In this document: positions 56,590 through 64,000 of the stretch, one piece after another
Layout: the number at the start of each line of letters is the position of its first letter
Numbering within the stretch: position 1 is the first letter of the stretch
Sequence record: NC_049851.1
Reading direction: 5' to 3' (one strand)
DNA length: 64,000 bases
Notes under the pieces: generated by a model
Database searches by the model: none
What the model saw: the letters and a program-made list of their open reading frames with translations, nothing else
Told to the model about the DNA's origin: nothing
Made by a program: the position numbers and the translations under genes

Positions 56590-56916
56590 TTAACTCCAGT
56601 TGTCGAGCATCCACGTGATCCACGCGATGCGGGTTTCTCTCAGTGCCTGCTCCTGCGCACGCTGCTCCGTGTACGACAGATTCCACGGATCGTTCCGGAT
56701 ATGGCCGTGCTTCACGAGCCACGTGTTGAGCGAATGGGAGCCCTCCAGCAGCGTCGCGATCCGGGCCTTGATGGATTCTGCGGCATGTTTAGCGACTGCC
56801 GTACCCTCGGCCTTCGCGTACCGGTCGACGGCGACGCAGATGTACGTGTACCGCTTGCACGCGATGTCGGCTCGCGCCCATAGTAGCAGGTCGATTTCCT
56901 TGCTAGTCAGCTTCAT
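56590..56916 (-). CDS. IC...RxAW paralogue, array member 1
   Basis: YICVAV...LNTWL...TRIAWITWMLDNWS. Confidence 0.85.
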   Translation of the reverse strand: MKLTSKEIDLLLWARADIACKRYTYICVAVDRYAKAEGTAVAKHAAESIKARIATLLEGSHSLNTWLVKHGHIRNDPWNLSYTEQRAQEQALRETRIAWITWMLDNWS

Positions 56917-57064
56917 GGCCAGCCACCTCCACGTGAGCCACGCATTTCAGGCCCGTAGTGTATTCGATGAATGCCGCGCACTCCCAGTGCTTTTCGGCCG
57001 CACGGTCTGCGGCACCTGCGAGCGCCGCGAGAAGCAGAATCGCACCCAGAACCATCTGTTTCAT
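56903..57064 (-). CDS. Small secreted/membrane protein (53 aa, not in the ORF track)
   Basis: GGAGG RBS; MKQMVLGAILLLAALAGA signal-like N-terminus. Confidence 0.55.
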   Translation of the reverse strand: MKQMVLGAILLLAALAGAADRAAEKHWECAAFIEYTTGLKCVAHVEVAGHEAD

Positions 57065-57106
57065 GGAAACCTCCCCGATGTCTAAAGCGCTACTTTACAC
57101 GCCCGG

Positions 57107-57568
57107 CTACCGTAGCGCAACAGAAATATCATGCTTTTTGTACGCGGCCTCGATAACCACATCCGCGCTCAGCCAGTTGGCGGCGGCCACACGCTTCATC
57201 GCCTTCACCCACTCGCGACGGAATGTCACGGAATCGGCACCGAACGAGGCCAGCGCGTCGTGCTCGAATTGCATGGAACTGAGCATTTGACGATGCGGCT
57301 GAAGTTGGGCCTGCCATTCGGAGAACGCAGGGTTCTGGTATTCGGTCAGGAGAATCGCGTCGATGCGATTGCCCTCCAGTGATCGGTCGTACAGGTCGTC
57401 CGGGATCGCGTGGCCGACCACGCACTTACAGCCGTTGTCACCACGATACATGCAACCCCAGCCTCCGTCCATCTTCGTGATGGTGGAAGGGCGGCCCTGC
57501 TCCAGAATAGCGAGTGCGAGGTGGTCAAACAGGATTTGTCGCGCGTCTCGGATGTCGTCGTAGCTCAT
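57107..57568 (-). CDS. Conserved phage hypothetical protein
   Basis: CMYRGDNGCKCVVGHAIPDDLY...LEG motif seen in many phage proteins of unknown function. Confidence 0.7.
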   Translation of the reverse strand: MSYDDIRDARQILFDHLALAILEQGRPSTITKMDGGWGCMYRGDNGCKCVVGHAIPDDLYDRSLEGNRIDAILLTEYQNPAFSEWQAQLQPHRQMLSSMQFEHDALASFGADSVTFRREWVKAMKRVAAANWLSADVVIEAAYKKHDISVALR

Positions 57569-58386
57569 CAGAATTCCTCGTCGTTGGGGATGGGTTTCAC
57601 ACGCGAGAAGAACATCAGTTCCTTCAGGCATTCCATGCGCGTCGTGTACGCCCGCGTCTCGTGGTCGGCATCGCCATCGTCACCGTCGGGCCACAGCGCT
57701 GCCGCGATCTTCTTGTCGCCCGTGGCTGCGAACGAGATACGTTTGCAGTTTGCGGCAAACCAGTCAACCACTTGGTAGGCCGAGTACTGAGGAATCTTGC
57801 CCTCTTTCTTCACACGGTTTGCCAGTGCCTCGATGGCGCGCACGTACGTCGGACCCATGGCTTCGAGGCCCACGATACCGTCCCAGCGCACGACCACCGC
57901 GTCAGATGCCGAGGTCACGACACGGATACGCTGGGCCTGAGTGTTCAGGAACTGGAGCAGCGTCGCGATGGACATGCTTTCGGTGAAACCTGTGGCCTCC
58001 TTGGCAATCTTCATGCCTTTGGCCTTGCGTTGCGACACACCCTCGTCGGCACTCACGTACACGTTGACGACGCCATTGCCGACGTAGGTCGCGGTATCAC
58101 CGAAAACTCTTTGATCGTGGCTCGTGGCCTTGGTCCGAAGTTCGGGAATCGATTGGAAAGTGCAGTGCTCGAACGCGCGACGGCCGTCCGAGAACAGCGC
58201 GTGCACCCGCACCACGTGCGGAGTCAGGTATACCGTCTTGTACTTCTTGTTGCTGAACGTGTGATTCATCGTGGGCCAACGACGTCGCGCGTCAGCCAGA
58301 GCATCAGCTTCTGTTTCGTAGTTCAACGCCATATCGTTCAGCGTATCGTGGTTCATGATCTTCCATTGTTTGGGCAACGCCGCCAT
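57568..58386 (-). CDS. Hypothetical protein
   Basis: AAGGAGG RBS; first gene after the promoter. Confidence 0.7.
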   Translation of the reverse strand: MAALPKQWKIMNHDTLNDMALNYETEADALADARRRWPTMNHTFSNKKYKTVYLTPHVVRVHALFSDGRRAFEHCTFQSIPELRTKATSHDQRVFGDTATYVGNGVVNVYVSADEGVSQRKAKGMKIAKEATGFTESMSIATLLQFLNTQAQRIRVVTSASDAVVVRWDGIVGLEAMGPTYVRAIEALANRVKKEGKIPQYSAYQVVDWFAANCKRISFAATGDKKIAAALWPDGDDGDADHETRAYTTRMECLKELMFFSRVKPIPNDEEF

Positions 58387-58419
58387 GCTCTGCTTCCTCC
58401 TTGTTAATCGATGGGCCGG

Positions 58420-58448
58420 ATTCTACTGCACGTTCAACGCCGTGTCAA
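58420..58448 (-). promoter_or_regulatory. sigma70-type promoter
   Basis: TTGACA-17-TAGAAT. Confidence 0.85.
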
Positions 58449-58771
58449 CGCCGTTCGATGATCATGTACTGGGTGCCGCGCACGTCCGGGTTGGTGCGCA
58501 GACGGCGCGTCAGCCCCGGCCACCGGTTATCCGCATCGTCTTCCGATTCCGTGTGGTACAGGTAGAACCGACGCCACTGATGCTCCGAGGTCTCCATGTC
58601 GATCTCCAGCACGTCCACGTAGTCTTCGCCCCGGCCGGTCTCCGCCAAATCGAGACGCTTCAGAATTTGGTCTTCCGACAGCGGCTGTCCCGACAGCACT
58701 TCATCCACGTAATCGTTGTGGGCACCGCTCGGATAATACTGATGGTGTGCAAAAATCATGGTCTTCAGCAT
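58445..58771 (-). CDS. Hypothetical protein
   Basis: GGAGAG RBS. Confidence 0.65.
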   Translation of the reverse strand: MLKTMIFAHHQYYPSGAHNDYVDEVLSGQPLSEDQILKRLDLAETGRGEDYVDVLEIDMETSEHQWRRFYLYHTESEDDADNRWPGLTRRLRTNPDVRGTQYMIIERR

Positions 58772-58782
58772 TTTCTCTCCAT

Positions 58783-58832
58783 AAACAAAAACAGGGGAAC
58801 CACATTGTATGGTTCCCCTGTCTGGGTGTCAA
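58783..58832 (-). promoter_or_regulatory. Terminator hairpin with the promoter -10 box in its loop
   Basis: TTGACA-17-TACAAT; ACAGGGGAACCA[TACAATG]TGGTTCCCCTGT followed by TTTTGTTT. Confidence 0.9.
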
Positions 58833-60142
58833 TAATTCAGCCGTTCGTCTTCTTTGGCCCAGCCCGCGAGTACCGCGTCTGCCGCCTCGTCGCAATCTGC
58901 TCCGTGCAGTGCGCGCGTCACCGGGACCGCGCCTTCTTCCGACAGGTACAGGCACGCGAACACCGAACCGCTCTTGATCGGCAGCGGATGGCTGATGGCC
59001 TCGTAACGTGCGGCGGCCAGTGCATTGTTCTCGATCTCGGTGCGCAGGTCACGAAAGCGCTGCCGCAACGCGTCGTCTGCGCCCGTATCACGCTTGAGCA
59101 CGATTTCGATGTAGTTCAACAGTGCCACGTCTTGCTTGCTCAGCACGGTCATGTGTTCTCCTTCAGGGGTTGTGGAAGTTCGTCGTAATACTGATGGGCA
59201 CACAGCCAGTCGTAGATGAGGGGTGCCGCTTTGAGGTCGTCTGCGTAGAACAGTTCGGGCCATGACCCCTTGATGTAGAGGTTGCAGAACCGCTGTCCCA
59301 TGCGCAGGCCATCGTTGAGCCGCTTGTGCTCACTCACAAACTGCATGTGTGCCGCATTGATCACGATGATCTCCTATTTGATGACCAGATGGAAGAAGAA
59401 GTACAGGACACATGGAATCCCGATACCGACAACGATACCGGTGGCCGTCGCATTGTCCTCTGCGTCGTGGAACACACCACGCACCTTCATGAACGTGAGC
59501 ATCAGGATCATGACGGCGCAGCACGCTGCTACCAAGAACAGAATGGTATCGTCTGCGCTCATGATTACCCCCGGGCCCGGATGTAGGCCATCGCCTTGTC
59601 GAACGCCTCTTCGAACTCGCGCTCCGTACTCGCGTACTCGCCGCTGCCCCAGAAGTATTCGAGGCCGCCTTCGTGTTCGATGCTCAGGCACGTGGGCTTG
59701 ACCGACACCGAATACTGCGCGTAGTCGCCCATGCCATAGGTGAAGCGCACTTCGACTGTGCGGTCCGCGTCGACGCGCTGGTAGATGCGATGGACAATGG
59801 CACCGTCACCCTCGTCCTCGTCGTCACGGCGATAGATGGGGACCTCGATGTTGACGTGGACCTTGCGTTGCTGTCGGTAGTACAGAATGTGTTCCATCAT
59901 TCCTCCTTGAACGTTACGTCGTCTCCGCGATCATAGGCTTCCGCCAGATCAGCGGCCTGCTCGCGCATCTGCTGAGCCAGATTCGAATGATACGCGGATG
60001 AACTCGGCATGTCAAATGCATCTGCCTCGACAGCCCACGAATCGTGCAGGTCAGCCAGCGCCAGCAGCGCCTGCGGCGATTGCGAGAGCATGCGCGACTC
60101 CTGCTCCCCGATCTTGAACGTTCGGAATACGCGATCAGCCAT
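58829..60142 (-). other. Five small hypothetical genes (58829-59152, 59149-59364, 59374-59562 membrane, 59565-59900, 59897-60142)
   Basis: Coupled ORFs with GGAG(G) RBSs. Confidence 0.6.
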
Positions 60143-60380
60143 TCTGAAGTCCTTCCGAGTGAGGAATCGGGCCGCGATCCGACTCCATCGCGTAGATGTA
60201 GGTGGCACCCCAGCCGAGCGCAGACCATCCGGTCAGCAGGTTGAGCACGGCGATGCCAAACACACGGTGGTGTTCACGGCTGATCGCAACGTACGTGGGC
60301 ACGAAGTACATGAATATGAGGATCGCGCCCCCGATGATCGACCACGCGTCGCCCCAGTTGAGGGTCAGGGTAATCAGCAT
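60135..60380 (-). CDS. imm: Superinfection immunity protein (T4 Imm family)
   Basis: YFVPTYVA..R.H....IAVLNLLTGWSALGW. Confidence 0.8.
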   Translation of the reverse strand: MLITLTLNWGDAWSIIGGAILIFMYFVPTYVAISREHHRVFGIAVLNLLTGWSALGWGATYIYAMESDRGPIPHSEGLQNG

Positions 60381-60574
60381 CACGCCTTCCGTTGGTTCGT
60401 GAACGCCCATACGAGAGCGCCGCCCCAGCCGATCAGCGACCAGCCGAATACGATGTTCAGGGCCGCGATAGCCGTTACCTGCGGGTGCGCGCGCCGGACT
60501 GCCACGATGGTCGGGGCCGTGTACAGAACCACGGCCATGACCACGACGCAGATTGTTACGATGAAGCCAAACAT
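60380..60574 (-). CDS. imm: Superinfection immunity protein (T4 Imm family)
   Basis: LYTAPTIVAVRRAHPQVTAIAALNIVFGWSLIGWGGALVWA. Confidence 0.85.
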   Translation of the reverse strand: MFGFIVTICVVVMAVVLYTAPTIVAVRRAHPQVTAIAALNIVFGWSLIGWGGALVWAFTNQRKA

Positions 60575-60583
60575 TTTCTCTCC

Positions 60584-63183
60584 TTACGCGGTTTTGAGAA
60601 GTTTTTCACGGATACGTTGAGCGAACGCGTGTTGGATCACCTGTGCCTTGCTCATTTCGAGGCTGGTATCCCCGATTTCCGCGTCCATCAGACGAAGGAT
60701 ACGGAGAATGACACGGTGCTCCAGTTCACGTGTGGTCGCGATGTCGGGCTGGACCTCGGCCACGCTTAGCAGCCACTGGGCGAACGCGTACACCTCGTCA
60801 TCGTCGGCCACGATCTTGAACTGGGAATACGCCATGTTCGAAAGCAGGTTAGCCGTATCGTAGCTGTCGACGCCCCGGATTTTCACCTCATTCGTCAGCA
60901 TCGGCAATCCTGAAAACGAATTCGGTCTTGACACTGGGACGCAGGATCACGTCCGCTGCGTACACGATGTCGCCTACATGTCCTTCACGCAGGTACTGCA
61001 CGCTGTCAATCAGCTTGATCGCGGCCACGATTTCGCGGTCTCCGGATTCGCCCTCCGAAAACAGGGCCGCCGAGCCCAAATATGTAGTCCAGTACGGACT
61101 GCCGTGATCGGTGGCGTACGCGAAATACAAGAGGCGGCCGTTTTGCTGCTGACACACGAGCATGCGTTTCAGCGGCGGTTGCTTGAATTCAATTGGCACC
61201 GGAGCCCCCGCACACTTTGTTGATGAGGTCCCAGTACAGATCGATCATGAGTTCCGCGATCTCGTAGACCCGGTGGAAGCCCATGAAATCCTCCAGATCG
61301 ACTGCGAACAGGGATTCGAGGTGCTTCTTCACCATCTGGTACGCTTCGTCCGTGTAGCCGAGATCGGTGTACAGATCGTCGGAAAGGCCGATGTAGAACG
61401 TCTCGGCCCGCTTGTTCGGACAGTTGTAGCACAGGACACCGCGAACCACGGTCTTCACGAATTCCGCGACTTCCACACGGTTGGCCACATTCGGATACTC
61501 CACGTCATAGAACGGGAACACGGTCATGTAGTACTTGCCGTTTTCCAGAACCGTGAACTTGGGGTTGGGCGTCACGATAACGCCTTGATCCTTGACCGGC
61601 TCCTTGTTGGGGCCGACGCCTAGCGCCGCATCCCACGCAGCCTGAAGGTCGGCAGGCAGGATGTAGCCACGCACTTGCAGCACTTCTCGGTGGTAGCGTT
61701 CCCACCACTGTTCGAAATTTTCAGCCACCGTTCGTTCTCCCGAAAAGCTTGTCCATAGATTTGTCGAAACTGATGTCGACGAGCAGGAAACAGGCGGCCA
61801 TTGCCATAAAGTAGGCCCCCTTATCGAACCTCTCGAACGCTACCGCGTCGACAGCGCCCACGAGCATAACAATGCCCGCCACCAATTTAAACATTCCCAC
61901 CCTCCAGTTCGCCCTGAGCCAGAACCCGGATCATGGGGTTCGTGAAAGCCACGTTGAAACTGTCGATGCGTTCGGCACTCACGTCGGCAAGCAGCGTGAA
62001 TGCTTGCGTTCCGAACTCACGCTGAAAATGCCACACGGGAACGCGCACGTCGGTCTGCCCCAAGCAGTACGCTACATACGGCGCAATCTGGTTCAGCGTT
62101 GCTTGATCGGGAACCACGATCACGACAGCCGGATTGTCGGCGTTAAGTGCATCGTACATCACGTTGTCGATCCACTCGAACAGACGCCCCGGGATGATGT
62201 GGTCCCGGTCGTGCGTGCCCACGAACGCGGTTTCGTGATACACGTCGCAGTCGCTGTAAATCAGCGTATGCTTCTCGTCGCTGGGTGCGTCGAACGCCAC
62301 CGGCTGCTGGATCGACCATCCGTTGCGCTCCGCATCGAACGAGACGCGGATGCCTCGCGACATGCGCACGCTTTCCTGATCGATCTCGACGACGCGGACA
62401 CGCTGACCCTGATCTGGTGGCTGAACGTCCGGATACGTGAGCGTGACGTACAGAGTGCCCCGCTCGTTGTCGTGCACGTCGTAGTTGCGCTCACAATAGT
62501 CCGAACGGAAGGCCAGCGGCGCGTCCATGAGCGCACGGATACGACGACGCACGGTCGCGGCGCTACTACAGTCCAGCATGCGGGAGATTTCCTCCAGTTC
62601 GCTACGCAAATCCTTGTGGCTCATCTTATACCCCCGTCATACGAACGACAGCGTACGGATTGGGCTTGACGTGGAAATCACCGAAGGATTCAGCCATGTT
62701 CCAGTTGCGTCGACCAGTCGGCTCGATAACCGTGGTCACGGCCACCAGATCACGCACGTTCAGCTTGCCCGTAGCCCGGTCACGCCCGTAGTGAAGGCGG
62801 TACTCGTGATCGTACAGAATTCCGGCCTTGACACGTTTGATGTAGGCTTCACGCGCAGCCGCAGTCTGGAACGTTCGGTGCATGTTGTACTGGTCCTCGC
62901 GCAGATCGCGATTCGGACGCACGATGTTGCGGTCGTCGACGTACAGGCGGTTCGCGTGTTCGAGCATGTGATCCCAGCGCTTGACGTACTTGTACGTACC
63001 ATCGAATGCGGTCTTGAACTCCACGGCGTCCACGACCCAGAACCCTGTATCACGGTCTTGGTACGGGCGGCTCGTCAGCAGCGCCTCGTACTTGCTGAAC
63101 TGCGCGCCGTGCTGTGCCGAACGAAACACGTCCACACAGAACAGCGTGTGACCGGCGCGCAAATCTTTGAACTTTTTCATCAC
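60584..63183 (-). other. Six hypothetical genes (60584-60934, 60888-61199, 61189-61728, 61721-61894 membrane, 61887-62624, 62626-63183)
   Basis: Consecutive coupled ORFs after the promoter at 63237. Confidence 0.6.
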
Positions 63184-63208
63184 TTTTCTCCTTTAGTCTA
63201 GACGCGCT

Positions 63209-63237
63209 ACTTTATCCTGAACCTATGTCCGTGTCAA
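63209..63237 (-). promoter_or_regulatory. sigma70-type promoter
   Basis: TTGACA-17-TAAAGT. Confidence 0.75.
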
Positions 63238-63998
63238 CGAAGTTCGTTGGTGCCCACGATTGCCTTGAACCAGTCCGGCATTTTCTCGAACCGCTCACGG
63301 TTGATACGCCATATGTAATCGTGATCCCCTGCGGCCTCGGCCTTGGCGTAGCCCACACCGTTCCAGTCGTAGCTGGAAACGCAGATCGGGAGCCACGGGC
63401 GTCGCTGTTTCGGCCACACCGCGTAGAACTTGCCGCCTTCGCTCAGGACCTTGACGGTGGACAAGACGCCTTCACGGCCGTCCCAGTGACCGGACCAGAA
63501 GAGGTCGGGCACCACCTCGTCGAACTCGCGATCCTTAATGCGCCAGTCCGGGTCCTGTTCCGATTCCCAGCCACCGGAGGACAGGGCGCGGCGCGTGGCC
63601 CAGCCGCTGTAGGCGCGCACGTCGTCAGTCGACTTCCAGCACGCGTACCACTGAGCCGAGTTCACGTGTTCGACGAACTCCGGGAATCCCTTCTCGGTGC
63701 TCGTGTACGAGTACGAATCGCAATGCAGGATGATACCCAGTTCCGGGTGCGCGAGGATCGCAAACTTCTCGCTGCGCGGGTTGTTCGGCTCATACTTCGA
63801 GGTGTAGACGAACGTTTCATGGTGCGCGATGCGGAAGCCCGCGTCTTGCAGCGTCGCCAAATACATCGTGAACGACATGCGGCCGTGCACGTCGCCCATG
63901 CGCGCCAGTGCTGCGGTCACGCGCTGTCCGTGGAGCGCGGAGTTGGCCAGCACCATCATGCTTTGGTCGTCGGTGAAGCCGCTCCAGTGACTGTCAAA
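63234..63998 (-). CDS. Hypothetical protein, 5' end probably outside the window
   Basis: The frame stays open to the right edge. Confidence 0.7.
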   Translation of the reverse strand, partial: FDSHWSGFTDDQSMMVLANSALHGQRVTAALARMGDVHGRMSFTMYLATLQDAGFRIAHHETFVYTSKYEPNNPRSEKFAILAHPELGIILHCDSYSYTSTEKGFPEFVEHVNSAQWYACWKSTDDVRAYSGWATRRALSSGGWESEQDPDWRIKDREFDEVVPDLFWSGHWDGREGVLSTVKVLSEGGKFYAVWPKQRRPWLPICVSSYDWNGVGYAKAEAAGDHDYIWRINRERFEKMPDWFKAIVGTNELR

Positions 63999-64000
63999 CA

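Noticed and set aside
51991-56916. Integron cassette array or diversity-generating retroelement
   Set aside because: There are no attC-like palindromes between genes (they overlap), no integrase or reverse transcriptase in the window, and no long template/variable repeat pair differing only at adenines.
1-64000. tRNA, rRNA or tmRNA genes
   Set aside because: No cloverleaf with T-loop and acceptor stem was seen in intergenic gaps. The GTTCGAATCC at ~28890 lies inside a CDS. A tRNAscan-SE/ARAGORN run would confirm.
1-64000. Stop-codon reassignment or alternative genetic code
   Set aside because: Conserved genes are full length under the standard code and junctions show normal stop/start overlaps.

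Overview
This 64 kb window is a GC-rich (roughly 60% by eye) segment of a large lytic dsDNA phage genome, probably a jumbo phage. A beta-proteobacterial or similar host is inferred, not shown. Bases 1-23.8 kb hold a replication/recombination module: Cas4-like PD-(D/E)XK nuclease, DnaX-like clamp loader, SbcC/Rad50 ATPase, DnaN-like clamp, SF2 helicase, a Walker-degenerate DnaC-like protein and DnaB. A reverse-strand tail fibre and a small probable virion operon are interspersed. Bases 25.7-47.7 kb (+) and 64-47.9 kb (-) are two convergent arms of small accessory genes driven by consensus sigma70 promoters. These arms carry an RNA-repair set (Thg1-like, Rnl1-like, RlaP-like), tandem Imm-type superinfection exclusion genes and a candidate origin beside a second SF2 helicase. 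Four features stand out. (1) A 13-member tandem array, plus 3 distant copies, of a divergent ~110-aa paralogue family with DNA-identical anchor patches and a C-terminal motif that doubles as the next gene's Shine-Dalgarno. (2) Four acyl-carrier-protein-like domains, three lacking the phosphopantetheine serine (candidate ACP mimics). (3) A second repeated-domain family with 5 copies in 2 genes. (4) Recurrent sigma70 promoters whose -10/-35 boxes sit inside hairpins. No tRNA, rRNA, CRISPR array, integrase or transposase was seen. All assignments come from motif recognition by eye; no database search was run.
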